From Moniliella sp. 'wahieum' (lineage: Eukaryota), in the NCBI GenBank assembly GCA_003971905.1, contig RSEE01000053.1:434001-474824 (forward strand): a stretch of 40,824 nucleotides of DNA, in the 5' to 3' direction. Under the pieces are notes generated by a model that saw only the letters and a program-made list of their open reading frames with translations, did no database searches and was not told where the DNA came from. The first letter of the stretch is position 1, and every line of letters begins with the position of its first letter. A program made the translations under genes and the position numbers. Below are positions 13,084 through 25,726 of this stretch, piece after piece.

Positions 13084-14322
13084 TCATAGATGGCTGTACA
13101 GTGCCCCGCCCTCAGGCCTCATCCACGCCCAGCGCCGCCGGCCAGCCAGGGCCACTGGCGCCGCACCTCCGTCCAACTGAGCGGCACCACCGTGTCTGTC
13201 TGCACCAGCACCATCTGTCCCGCCGGCACGTGTCCGAACGAGCTCCGCGTCCTTGGCGTCGCACCCATCCAAGCACTGCTCGATGCGATTCTGCCTCCCT
13301 GCTTCCCCCCGCCTCGTACGGCTCAGGCTCAGGGTCGGCAAGCGCAAGCGCAAGAACACCATCCGACCTAGGCCACCTACCAGTTTCGGCGGCACGAGCA
13401 GTACCTGACCCAGCGTGTGGGCCCACAAGCGCGGGCTGACCAGCCTCTCCATCGCCTCGTGCCCTAGCACGCGTGTACGCTGCGCCGCGCCATACGTTGT
13501 CCTGCTCCCTTGGCACGCCAGCTGGGCCACATGGTCCAGCACGCGCCACGCACGCGTCTCAGCCAGCACACTCAGTGACCAGCCTACCTGCACGGCCGGT
13601 GCACGCGGTACCCCCCTCCTCTTCTTCTCTTCCTCTTCTTCTTACGGTCTGTCTCCCTTGGCGTAGGCAGGCGGTGGGCTGGTCCGATTGGTGCGCTGGC
13701 GCCGAGACGCACCGGGCGCGAACCGGGGTGCGAAGCGCGTACGCAAACGACGGTACAGCCTCGGCCTGCACGACGGGGGGGCATCTGCCTTGGCCGTTGG
13801 CGTGGGATGCGTGGGGTGCGTGGGGTCCGAAGCGGGTGGGGTCAAGGGGGTGGGAGCGAAGCGGGGGGGCGCGGTGCGGCGCGCCGCATGGTTCGCCATC
13901 ACGTGTTCCAGCGACCGCCGCGCGCCGCGGGGCAGGGACGAGGCGGATGTGGGCGAGAGTGGTGGGGCGGGGAGTGGGTGGTGTGTGTGGTGCCAAAGAG
14001 GCAGCTGGCTGGTGGCAGGACCCGACTGGGACCAGGATGCTTGGTGGAGAGCGCGACTGACGCGTCGGCTTCGTCCGGGAGCGAGGAGGAGGGGGGCGTG
14101 GAGAAGGCTGGCGCTGGCCGAGCGCGCGAGGGGATGGCGAGCGGCAGCGTGGACAGGGTAGAGACCGACCCGGGCGCCGAGACGTCGTGCCCGACGACAG
14201 GGACACGACCGACGGCGACTTGCCGAGCACACCCAGTTTCCCGCCTTTGCGTCGGCCCGAGCGGCGTGTGCTGGGCGCGGCGTGGGCGGCGGGGCTGTGG
14301 CTGTGGCGCGTGGGCTGGGCAT
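13084..14322 (-). CDS. Hypothetical protein (frameshifted), function unknown
   Basis: An ATG at 14322 after a pyrimidine-rich leader; overlapping minus-strand ORFs with protein-like composition (KSPSVVSLSSG.., ..WSLSVLAETRAWRVLDHVAQLA..RLWAHTLGQVLL..). No homology recognised. Confidence 0.3.
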
Positions 14323-14704
14323 GGGGGAAGAGGAGGAGGAGGGGAGGGGTGCGGAGGAGAGGAGAGCGGAGGAGGCGTGCTGGGTGGGTCTGCACGTGGC
14401 CGGGTGAGGCGGCGAGGCCCAAAGCAGAGGCCAGGCGGCACGAGGCGCCTGTCCGGAGCCGCGCACACGGCGTATCTCGCCTGTCGTTGTGTAAGTCCAG
14501 CGGGTGGCTATGCTTTCACTTTTCACGTGCCCACAGTGCCGCGCTGCTCGTTTCACATTTCAACTTGCCCATCCATCCGATCGGCCAGCAACGGCTCAGT
14601 CACCGGCTTGTCAATGTTGCGTGTCTACTCGGTGGGTGCCCACCCACTCGGTGGCGCCGCCCGCCCCTTCCTCCTCCCACTCCGCCCGCCTCTGCCTTGT
14701 CGCC

Positions 14705-15392
14705 ATGTCGCCGCCCCGCTCGCCCCCCCCCCCACCACCCCCACCCCTCACCCCTGCCCCTCGGCCCCTCGCCGTCGAGCCCGCCCCTGCCCTGCCAACA
14801 CCCTGACCGTGGTCCCGTGGGACGAGGACCCCCTGACGCTGCCCACCTGGGTGGCCCGGTGGAGCTCACGCTCTCTGTGCACGGCGTTGACGCCGGATCG
14901 CTGGGCAGCGCCCGGATCGCTTCCACGGGTCTCCGTGGCGCGCTCGCCACCGAGGCCCAGCGTCGGTGCTTCGCATCGCCGCCTCCCGCTGCGCTCCCCC
15001 CCTCGCTGCCCTGGTGCTGGACCCAACTCAAAACCAACCTGCTCGCTGTCGCCCAGCCCGACCTGCACCTAGCACGGCTCAGACGTCCATCCTCACCGGC
15101 CAGCGCTACCCTCGCCACCGACCTGCGCCACCTTTCCCACCCGCCGAATCCGATCTAAACCGCTTTCCCTGCCCTGCTCCCACCATCAAGGCCCACATTG
15201 CCTCCTGCCTCCCCGTCCCGCTCCAGTTCATCCTCAATGGTCCCGGGCCCACGAGCGACCAGGCCTGCTGGCTCGCCGACTCCATGCGGGCATCAACACC
15301 GCGCTACGCCTCCCGCGCGAACGAGAGCGGGAACGCCTGAACGGGAACGTGGGGAACGCGCTGAACGGGAACGTGGTAACGCGGTGAACGGG
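14705..15392 (+). mobile_element. Orphan retrotransposon gag/capsid-like ORF (Ty3/gypsy-type pattern); no pol seen
   Basis: Stitched: WDEDPLTLPTWVARVELTLSVHGV..ARIASTGLRGAL..WTQLKTNLLAVAQPDLHLARLRR fits the gag CA pattern W+..+E..+...G+ / A...L.G / W..LK..L. It has a Pro-rich N-terminus and ends in a 24-bp tandem repeat (15329-15392). Confidence 0.5.
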
Positions 15393-18164
15393 TGTGCCCC
15401 GCATACCCTTGCCCTACACCTCGACCTCTGGCGGAGCGCGGCGTACGTCCAGCTAAGTCCCCCCCGTCTCGCGCTTTTTTACATTTCGCCGCTGTCGCTG
15501 TCGATGCCAGTGGTTCCCCCGTGTTTTCACCTCTTTCTTATTCGTGCTTGTTTCTTGGCGTCAGCTGCCCCTTACCGGTTCCCGCTTCCCCCCGCGCGCG
15601 CCGCAGATACGTATTTCCTCGGTCGCTCCTGGCCCCCTTTTGCGCTCATCTGCTTTTGACCCATCTGTCTTGCTCGTCCTACTCATATTACTGACCGCTT
15701 GTAGTGTCGCTCCCCCTGCCATGTCCCCATGTCCCCATGCCACCATGTCTCCATCTCACCGGTCTTCCCTCTCTGACTGACTCTTACCCCAACCGTACAT
15801 ACACACGTACATACGTCCATACCCCCCCTGGCCTCGGTGGGGTGCTGCAGTGGGGGGCGCACCCACCCTACTCTGTACTTTCTCTGCTCTCTCGTCGCGC
15901 TTATATACTGCCTACGATCTCTCACTCAGAACGTTCGATGGTCACTATTCAATTCAATTCAATCCCAATCCGTCCTGCTGTCCGACCTCAGGCCGCAGGT
16001 CGCTTCTTCCTTTGTTCGTTTGTCGGTTGAGGACGGCGCGTGTTGAGACCCAGAAGGGGGAGATACGAACCATTAGGTATGCTATACTGAGTAGGACATC
16101 ATATAGCAGTTGCTCTGCCGCGCAAGATCCTCTCTTTTCGTGTTGGCAAACCCCATTGCATCCGCGCCTAGTAGTACTCGCCACCGACGCGCTAAGCCAA
16201 CTCAATCCAACCGAACCACACAAACACATACTACTACCGACCACCCCCTTCCCCCTCCTCGCGCCTCACGGCGAAGGCCGTCCAACGACCCTTATAGTAC
16301 CCCAATACCCTCAATGATAGACAAGTCGGATAGATATTGTAGATTCCCTCTAACCCCCCCCCCTCTCCTCAAGGAACGCGTCCGAAATTGACCGTCTTGG
16401 GAAGAAAAAATGGGGTATGGTTGAAGCGGAAGGAAACGCGGTGTCGGCGACGTTCGCCGCGTTGGGGGTGGACGCGGTGGAGGAGACACGTCGGAGGACG
16501 GGTTGGAGCGCACCAGACGACGCACAACGAGCAAGGCACCACCACCGGCCCCGCTACAGCGCCATGCCACACAGCCCGACACCGGCCCGTGCGCATAAAA
16601 TCTGACCTCCCGCGTCCACATCGGCCCGATCCAGAAAACTCGTTTACTCGTCACGCCCACGACTGCTCCTTCCTCGCCCTCGTCCTCCCGCACGTCTCCG
16701 CCACCCATCGCGCCACCCTGCAACTACCGACGATCACCCGCCCGCCTCGTCCTCCTCGAACAACCGCGCCTAGTACATCACTCACGTCCCAGTTAGCCCT
16801 CCATGGCCACCCAACTGTTAGTGTTTTCCTTTGCGATGGTAGTCGCCCCCGTCCCTGTTTACCTTGCCTTTTTAGGTTGCCCGTACGGCAACCGCCTTCC
16901 CCCTGTTTCCCCCTGTTCCCCGTTTTGTTTCCGGTTTAGTCCCTGTCTGCTAGCAATGGTTTGTGGGTTTCCCCATGGTCCATTGGCGTCTCCCCCTACT
17001 CTCCTCGCCAATTGATCAACCCAGTACAGACAACTCTCCTCCGCTTAGTTGCTCCTCTATAGCTCCCGTATTCAGCTCTCTGTTCTCCAGTAGTCCAGAT
17101 CAGTTCAGCCGCGTATGATCACACTTACGGCCACGCCGCCCCCAGTCCCAGTCCAGCTCCAGTCCAGCAGCGTTGAGTCCTCCGCTGCCTCCTCCCCGTC
17201 CCTGAGCCCGAAGGTTTCAGACATGCTACAGCCGCCCAAGCCGGTGCTGCGCAGCTTGCCACACCTGCAGCCGCCTCTGCTATACGCCGAGAGGCTTCTC
17301 CTTGTCCCTAGCTCCACTCGGACCCATCAATCAGCCCGAGCGCTTAACTATCGTGAGGACATGGACGATCCGCCACGCCCTCGAACCGAGGAGAAGGAAC
17401 AACAGCAACCAGCCTTACGGGCGAAACGGTGAAACTGCCAGACGAGCGTGTTGGGGAACCTGACGACGGATGGAACAAGGTAATCGAGAGTTGGTCGCCG
17501 ACATGTACCGCGCGAACGGTCTTAGTACCGACACAGATGGGTAGGTAAGTCTCAGCCTTTCTCCCTGCAAATGCTCTCTTCTAATCACTACGGCCATGTG
17601 GATGGTAGTGGGTGTAGGAGAAGGCGAAAGGGTGGCCTCAGATGCTAAGCAGCGTTGAAGAGAGGCTAGAGTTGCTAAATGTTGTGCGGATGAATTGAGT
17701 GCTACACTGGGACGTGGGACCAGGGGTACTGTAGCAGCAGTGTTGTTGTTTTATTCTTCTTCTCCTGTCTTAAGATGAATGGGAGAATAGCTCTTGTGGG
17801 AGAGCTATGCAGTGAATGGTATGGTTTCACCACCTCCATCTCCCCATTAGCTGCAAAATAGGTTGTGAAGCCCACGCAGTAGTCAACTCTCTTTCTGTCG
17901 GCATTAGACCAATCTGGTCACTCAATAGTCAATCTGGTCACTCATATAGTCACCAGGTTGACTGTTCCCTGATTTGTGCACGCCTTAAACTCTTCATCCT
18001 CAAGTCTCGAGGCCTTTCGTACAGGTACTATTACGCCGTGGGGTGCGGCTGCTCCTGGTGGGCGGCGGGACGGCGTCTCTTAGTACGAAAGCGAGCTCTG
18101 GAAAAGGGTGTGGTTAAAATGAGAGGCGAGGGGATGCTGCTGGAGAGGGGGAGGGTGCAGAAAC

Positions 18165-18306
18165 AATAGCGGCACCGAGAAGAGGATTCCCACATGCAGT
18201 GGGCATCATCTTCCATCGCGGTATATACTGACTGGGTGTTGCTATGGTGACCTTCATCGCAGATCGAACGGATACGGGCGTTCATAGTGCTAGTATGGCG
18301 GCGGAT
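18165..18306 (-). pseudogene. Degenerate 5S rRNA copy
   Basis: Co-linear with the intact 5S at 36874-36991 (gcggcaccgag..gaggattcccac, tactgactggg, tcgcagatcg, tatggc.gcggat), with substitutions and small insertions. Confidence 0.85.
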
Positions 18307-18677
18307 GGTGGTAGTGGTAGAGGGGGATAAGGGCCGGTCTGTGAGGGGATAGGGAGAGCAGTCCCTGCAGGGACTACAGGGGAAATCGAACACCTATACT
18401 CCGGTGCGTGGCCGAAGACACTGCTCAGATGACCTGGCTTGAAAGTATATTCACAAGTCAGCATCTGCAGGGTCAGTACACGCACAAGTCGAAAGAGGGT
18501 CAGTATATCCACAAAAGTCGAAACCTTTCAGCGGGGTTCCCTAACAGAGAGGCAACCGGGGGAAAGAGGGAGAGGGGATCAAACGGAGGCAAATTCACTT
18601 CATCAGTTCCACTCTTTTTTCTTTGCCAATTTGTCGAAGGGTTCGGGAGGGTTGGCTGTCAGGCGCGCAAAGATCGT

Positions 18678-19120
18678 CCTTCTGTAACGAAATGTCCAGC
18701 CGACGCACAATCTGCACCACTCTTCCTTGGACTTGATTCCCATCTGGGAAAAGAAGGGGAAATGTGCTCTAATATGCGGCGTATAGGATATGGGCCCCAA
18801 GACAAGGCAAAGCCTGGAAGTATTGTCTTGGCAGCTTCCACAGCGTCATTATACTGGGGAATGGCCAAGTGTAAAGCGATACCGAACCACTAACATCTCG
18901 CACATAAATGAAAAGCGGGTACTGGTTTGATCCACGTCCTTGCCCCAGCGCTCAGATATTCTTGGTTATCACTTCGGTCTGCACACCAGTAGTCCAGGCC
19001 TGTAAGTCAGTACATCATACCAGAAAAACGTCTGGAGCTCATCGTACATGTGCGACCAATAGCGGGAACCACGACGCAGATATTCAGTCAGGCCGTGCAA
19101 ATGATCGTTTTCGGCTTTGG
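18678..19120 (-). repeat. Unidentified repeat family, block X copy (homologous to about 21611-22080 and 26873-27300)
   Basis: Shared anchors ttgattcccatct, ttggcagcttcca, taaatgaaaagcggg, catcataccaga, atcgtttt.ggcttt; minus-strand translations MYD..WYDVLT and PRWES..SGADCASAGHFVTE recur. Confidence 0.8.
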
Positions 19121-19606
19121 AATGATCGCATGCACTGCGGTTATTGCTAGCCGTCGACGCTCTTTGGTCGAAGGGGGTGAAGAGTTTGGCTCTCAAGCGG
19201 ATGGAGCTTTGCTAGCCTTCATATTCGTCAACCACCCCAGGAGTACCGTCGGTGTTGGTACCTGTGCTACCCTCTTCCGCAGCTCGTAAACAGCGTTCTC
19301 AGTGGACGCCAACGCGTATGCAAGAATCCAACCCGAGCATCGGATATGGGACCGATGCGTTTCGTCTCTTGCTCCGGGCACAGAGGAGGAACGCACTGCC
19401 AACACGGTTCGACGCATCAAGCTGCGCCACCGCGCTGGAAGGGTCACATATCCAGTCCCCATCACGGCAGATCCCCTAGGACCTCTTGGCGGCGAATGAT
19501 TTATTCAGGGGTGGTCGGATTCGGAGACGCCCGAGCGGCGAGATCGCTGCCATATGGGCCGTGCAGCCGCAAGGTGAATAGGCAAGCCAGCGGTTCCCGG
19601 GATGCG

Positions 19607-21431
19607 GCCGCAGTGACAATTCCCAAGTATTGAGCCGTACTCGCACGTAACGCCGCAGTGACAAGTTCCCCAAGATATTGAGCCGTAGACTCGCACGTAA
19701 CGCACAAGCAAGCACGGGAAGACAACTTAGATTTGGGTCAAAAATAGCAGGAGGCCATTAAGCTAGACCGTAGACCTACCGGCTTGCATCTCTCGTATAC
19801 GACTCGTGGCACACACGCGCTCGGGGGGGGGGGCAGTTTCTTGCCGGACAAGCAGAACGATGCAATTCGAGCGACAAGCTGGGTCCCCGCTCCAACGACG
19901 GCTGTCGTCGCGACAGCCGCTATCGTTGCATATGAACAAGGGCATGACGCAAGAACCGTTTCAGGACCTCCCCGGTGGGGCACGCGGCCCAACGGCACTG
20001 GTGGGGCGAGGGTGCGGGAAGGGGCAAAGAGGAAATGTGAATGACGAGGAGTGGCGAATGATGAGGGAGCGGCAAACCGGAGACGCGCCGCTGAAAGTTC
20101 GCTCCGACACAGCTTGAGTTCGGGTGGTCGACAGCCCAGCTGACTGGCAAGCTGGCAGCTACGGTCACATCAATCATCAATCTTCAATCGAGAGCGAGGT
20201 TCATTGACGCTGCTCACACCATCTGCATCATCTTCAAGGGTTCGAGATGCGGTCCCCTTCACCCCTGTATGGCCACGACCGGCCTCGACTCGTGCACGGG
20301 TGAACCCGGGAACTGCGGCTGGGCCGGCCTGCTCCGTCAGCAAATGCGTTTCTCTGCGCCGCGGCAACCTTTCGCCGCTGACCCCCATCTTCTTTCGTAG
20401 TGCCTGTGCGGAAGGCAGCCCACTGCGGCCGCTCGCCCTCTACACCCGTTTTTTGCGTCCGGAGTGACCCTGCACAACAGAACATATCAAACGGCTCTTG
20501 CTCCTCAGCAGGAACTTGGGGGCATTCCATGAAGGCACAGCATGCGGGGATGTGAAGCATGTCTTGCCTTGGCTAGTGGGCAGCAGTGCAGTGCCGATGG
20601 CCAAACGGAAGTTGCCGTATCGTCATACCCTCGATTGGCGCTTTGAACGACCGACTGGGGGGGTGTTGTCGTGATGAGTTGAAGGGCTGCATGATGCGTG
20701 CGACCCGATTGCCTCCAGTACTGCGTCTGACCAATCAGAAATATCAGCAACTTGGGCCACAGCAGAGGAATATGGACCACGTACAAGCATCGACATCCAC
20801 GCGAACAAAGTTGGCGCGCTCGGCCCATTCTGGATGGGTCATCCTCGAGAGGGGTGAGCGCCGCGACCAAGCACATCATGATAACAGCATTTCTTTTCAT
20901 CCCGATGGCCGCATACCACCATGCCGCTCTACATTTTCCGGGTGTGAGCGAGGCGATCTGCGGATGCGTATCTCCTTCTTCATCGACCCGGCGAGGCGGT
21001 ATAAGCTGGCAATGGATTGATCCACGTTTTTAATGGGCCCCAAGTTCTCTTGCAAAGGATGTCCATTGTGTTCATTGGGAACGGCCCCGTTCCACGTGGG
21101 CGGCAGATATCCGCACCTGTTTAGCGCACTGGTCAGCACATTACAGCACAGCAAGGCTTGGGTGGTTTCTTACATGATGAATGAATACTGGGTACATTGC
21201 GCCGGATGGAGACATGCACCAGTAACGGAGCGACGAGGTGCAACACCGCGTAACGGTGTGCCTTGATGGCAGCGTCAATCCTGTCTTGGCCGCACCATCA
21301 CCACGTGGGCAGGGACGATATGAGCCCAGTCTCATCAGGGGTACGAGCAGTTCCACTGCAATGGAAGGCACCATATCCCACCCCGCCTTACCAGTAGCGG
21401 GGGATAGAACTAACCGGGATGCCACCACTGT
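19607..21431 (-). repeat. Unidentified repeat family, block Z copy (homologous to about 29380-31420)
   Basis: Shared anchors ggccattaagc, gggcatgacgcaaga, catcaatcatcaat..tcgagagcgaggttcattgacgct, gcgtgcgacccgattgcctccagt, aatatggaccacgtacaagcatcgaca. Confidence 0.85.
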
Positions 21432-21610
21432 TGGCACCCGAAAGCCTAAGCCACCCATACCGGCTGGCAAGGAGAAAAGAGCTCTGTCCCACTTCTGACC
21501 GTCCTCATCGCTGGGGTCCGCTCCCCGGATTGCCTTCACCTCGCGCCAGAGCTGCTCGTCGATCTGGTGGAGTTGGTCCGCCAGGTCGTCCGTCTGCATC
21601 GAGCGGAGCA
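21432..21610 (-). mobile_element. Internal fragment of the CRE-like element (post-RT region), duplicate of 23656-23834
   Basis: LLRSMQTDDLADQLHQIDEQLWREVKAIRGADPSDEDGQKWDRALFSLPAGMGGLGFRVP is near-identical to the end of the RT ORF. Confidence 0.9.
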
Positions 21611-23655
21611 ATCGCCTTCTGTAACAGAGTGCCCAGTCGAGGCAAAATCTGCCCACTCTCCCTTCGACTTGATTCCCATCTGGGAGAAGATGGGGGGGTT
21701 ACTCTGATATGCAGTAGTAGGATATTGGCTCCGACGAGGCGGAGTTTGGAAGCATATGACTGGGCAGCTTCCAGAACGTCATCATGTTGAGGGATGGTCG
21801 TGTAAAGCGATGATGCCGAACCACTAACATTTCCCACGTAAATGAAAAGCGGGCCCTGGTTTGACCCATGTCCTTGCCGTAGTGCTCGGACACTCTTGAT
21901 CATCCATCTCCGTCTGCCTACCCGTGCCTGTACGTTCCGGCCTGCATAAGCGCGTCGATCAGTATATCATACCAGAGGAAGTGTGGGTGGGGATCGTCGT
22001 CGTACATGTAAAACAGTGGAAATAAGCATGACCTCGGTATTGAGTAGGGCCGTGCGCATGATCGTTTTTGGCTTTAACGCTGACGGTCGGCGGCAGCAAG
22101 TTTGAGGTGAGGAATGCGTTCGCCGTGTGAAAGGGATTGTGGATCGTGGAGGGTTTTGCGGTCTGCGAGGGGAGTGCGCCTGAGAAGAGCTTGGGCATGC
22201 TGCTGGAACCAGGCCAGACTTCGACCCATTCCATAAGTCTTGGGTGGGGACCAATGCGGTTTCCATGTTGTGGAACACCCAGCCACTCTGGGAAGGGAGG
22301 AACTGGCCGGTCAGTGCGGGGCAGCGGAGGCGTGGGGGTCACGAGTTGGGGATGGAAGAACAAAGGGAGGGGCAATCAGGCCACAGCCCTGCTCCGAGTG
22401 GCGGGCAAAAGGGGCGACGCGGAGGAGCCACTTTGGCACAACTCGGGTGAGGTGGTGGTCGCCAGTCCACTTGACCAACAAGCGCGTCCAGCGAGACAGT
22501 CACATCCATGATCAGTGTCGAATCAAGAGTGAGGCGCATCAACCCCGCCTCCATCCTCTTCAGAGATCCAGCGAGGGGGATGAAGAGCATCCGCACGTCC
22601 CCCGGACCTGCTATACCTACGCGCCCGTCCCGTAGCGCAGCAGCATCGAGCAGAGCAGGATCTGCTCTTCGCCAGCCATAGCGGCCTTCCCTGCTGGCGC
22701 ATCCGTAGGAGGCGGGAAGCGTGCCTTGCCTTGCCTTTGCCAATGGTGCTGCCTATGGCCAAAGTGCGCAGCGGAGGTACTCTCTCCTTGGGCGCTTTGC
22801 TCGACTGCTGAGGGACGTTGATGTGGCAACGGCTATACGAATGTGGGCGCTCCGACGGCGTCTGGACAATGCGAAATGTCAGCAACCTGGGCCACCGCAG
22901 AAGGATATCAACCACGTACAGGTATCCCCACCAACAAAGGTGGCGCGCTGGGCCCATCCTGGGCCGGTAAGCGCAAAGAGAGGCGAGCACCGCGGCCAAG
23001 CACATCTCGAAGGACAATCAGTAGCGGCACAACTTTTCATCCTGTTGGCCCCACCCCTCATGTCTGATCAACATTCCTTGGCTTACTTGGGCGAGGCGAT
23101 CTGCAGATGCGCTGCCCCTGCTTCATGGACCACATCATGGCAGAAGCTGGCAATGACTCACCCACGTCTTTATCTTGCACCTCAAGTTCTTGCAGCGCCT
23201 GTCGTTGTTTTCATCTGCAGCGCCCCCGGTCAATGTTGGGATGGGCCCTGGCAAACCAGCCCCGCCACCATCCGATGTTGTCGTTGCATGGCGGGGTGTT
23301 TAATCTGATGCGGGGAATGCCTCTGCAGAGAGCGGGGTGATCATTTGCTTATTCCATCGGCTATTCTCCATCCAGCGTATTCGCACCTGGTTAGCGCACT
23401 GGTCAGCACATTAGAGCACAGTAAGAAGGTTTCGGTGGTGGTGTACATGATAAATGAATAGTGGGTACATCGTGCATGACAATGTGAGCATTTGCACGTC
23501 TGGCACCTCGGCGTGACAGTAAGGCAGGAAGGAGGGCGGGGGCGAGAGAGGCGTGTCGGATGTAATCGCAAAAGAAACGGACCGATGAGATGCCGCACCA
23601 TGTCACGGTGTGCCTTGATTGGAGCGTCAATCCTTTTTTGGCCGCACCACCACCA
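21611..23655 (-). repeat. Unidentified repeat family copy (21611-22930 resembles 26873-28100; 22860-23655 resembles 20720-21300 and 30460-31260)
   Basis: Long shared strings such as gaggaatgcgttcgccgtgtgaaagggattgtggatcgtggagg and gtggtggtcgccagtccac; translation I(M/I)DVT.SLD.LVGQVDWRPPP.PSCAKV in both copies. Confidence 0.85.
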
Positions 23656-25666
23656 TGGCACCCGAAAGCTTAAGCCATCCATACGGGCTGGCAAGGAGAA
23701 AAGAGCCCTGTCCCACTTCTGACCGTCCTCCTCGCTCGGATCCGCCACCCTGATTGCCTTCACCTCGCGCCAGAGCTGCTCGTCGATCTGGTAGAGCTGG
23801 TCCGTCAGGTCGTCTGTCCTCATCGAGCGGAGCAGGTGCCGCAGGTTCTGCTGCAGAGCCACGCGCAACAAGAGCAAGCGGGCCTGCAGCGGCATCCCGT
23901 GCAAGGAGGTACAAAGCCGCCTGAGCCTCCACCTTTGCCTGCAGAAAAGCGAGCCGAGCTTTCCTGGGACCCACGCACGAGCCGAGGAAGGTGCCGCCCT
24001 CCAGACGCAACTTCTGCGTCGAGACAGTCTTCGTCTTGCTTGGGTTGAGTTCCAGCCCCGTCTTGCTCTGCGCCACGACACGCGAGACCAGCTGCAACGC
24101 ATTGGCATTGTGCGACAAGACATAAGTGTCGTCCAAATAGGACACCACCAGCCCATCCTCGCCCAACGCACGCTGCGCCTGCTCGAGCATACTGCGGATG
24201 CCACAGAGAAGAAGAAGGGCCCAAAGGGGTCGCCCTGCCTGACTCCCTGCTGGCTCAGGAGGGTTCCAAAGCCGCCGGCACCACCCAACACCAACTGGAT
24301 GTGCTTTCCATAAGCCCAACGAAAGAAAGGAAGGAGCTCGGACGAATAGCCACTCTCCGCCTGGGCCACCGCTGCCCGGTAGATCCAGTTGAACGCATTC
24401 TTAAAGTCCAACGACAGCACACAGTTGAACTTGGCCCAAGCCGGGTCCCTCTCTTCCCCACTAACCAAACGATCCATAAGCCGCACAATCGGCTCCACCC
24501 CGTCCTTGGACTTGACGCCCAACTGCGTGTGGAGCAGAGGAGTAGCCACATCCAAATGAAGAAGAAGTGCTTTGGCCATTACGCGGTAAAGTAGCTCACC
24601 ACAGGCGATCGGTCTCACTCCGCCGTCAGGGTTGGCAAGCGCCGTCAACCTACTGGTGCACAACAGCTGAGCACCCGGGCACGTCCCATGAAACATGGCA
24701 CATGCCATGGCTTTGAGAGCCGCTCTAAAGTCATCGTGCTTTAAAGCCAACTGGAGAAGAGGAACCGACCATCCGCCCACGCCTCCCCCCCGTCCCGGGA
24801 GAAGCTGCTTTCATCCAACTCCAAAACCAGGCTCACCGGCGTCCGCCGCTGCGGTGTCGCCTGTTAAACCAGGCGGGGCCCGCTCCGACATTTCCAAACC
24901 AGCCAGTGGGTTCTTCGGGCCTGCAGGCGCTTTGCACCCAGGGCCTCAACCGTTCCCGGTCCAAAACCCCACCGCCGCATCCTGGGGATGCAACGTGCGC
25001 GCCGCACGCCCCAGCATTCCCTCTTTGACCTGGCGGTGTGCACAGGTCAAATCATCGGAACGCTGGCGCTCTGCAGAGCCCTTCTCCATAGCTGGCGGCC
25101 AAGCCACCTCCGAATAGGCCTTGAGCGTGGCACAAACGTCGGCCGAAGAGCCCCCCGCAAGCCCGCCTTCGGCAGGGCAAGCAGGTTGAACACGGCAAAA
25201 TCGTCGGGATGATAACTCTTCCCAATCGACCGGCCGCCTCCTTGAACCACGCCGTACCATTGTGCTGCCCGGCGGCGAGGGCACAGCGCACTCCACCACT
25301 CGAATGGATCCGAATTGGAACTGCCGGGTTGTCCGCTTCGGCTGCCAGATTAGGCTGAGCTCAGCCGACATCGACTGCCTGGCTTGGGGCGTGCGCGCCT
25401 GAGCTGTTGGTGTTACGCTAGTTCCCACCGGCCTCGTTCACCGCGCATCACGGAAGGGGACACATGATTCGCCACGACCTCCAGGCGGCGTGCAAGGCTG
25501 AGGAGAATGTGGCGGTGGAAAGGTAGAGAAGGAATACGTTTTCCATTGCCCGCCCCATCTCCATTCAAGAGTGCCTTGGACACATTTGTGGCCAAACTAG
25601 CGTACGCAGCCCAGAACGTTCTGCGGATACACATCTTGCTCGTCTTGCATTCTTGGGCAGCCAAAG
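23656..25666 (-). mobile_element. CRE-clade (Cnl1/MoTeR-like) non-LTR retrotransposon: 5' region and reverse transcriptase, truncated before the CCHC/RLE domain
   Basis: FNLLALPKAGL, AHRQVKEGMLGRAARTL, GWSVPLLQLAL, SRLTALANPDGGVRPIACGELLYRVMAKAL, QLGV, LDFKNAFN, FFRWAYG, GVRQGDPFGPFFFS, SYLDDTYV (24128-24139), GLELNPSKT, FLGSCVG, LFSLPARMDGL. Confidence 0.9.
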
Positions 25667-25726
25667 CACCGCGAATGCATAGTCTGGCTCCTAGGCTGTG
25701 GTTTTGCAACGTGGTCGGCAGGGAAA
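25667..25726 (-). pseudogene. Degenerate 28S rRNA fragment (putative retrotransposon target-site duplication)
   Basis: 25690-25726 matches 28S 38414-38450 at 31 of 37 positions (22 of 23 in cctaggctgtggttttgcaacgt); a weaker, mostly transition-type match continues to about 25667. Confidence 0.8.

Noticed and set aside
17115..17700. Possible plus-strand gene with a GTAAGT..CTAAT..TAG intron at 17545-17608
   Set aside because: The ORF is short and Ser/Pro-rich with no recognisable homology, too weak to call.
10602..19702. Short repeats as a CRISPR-like array
   Set aside because: The context is eukaryotic, the repeats are directly tandem without unique spacers, and there are no cas genes.
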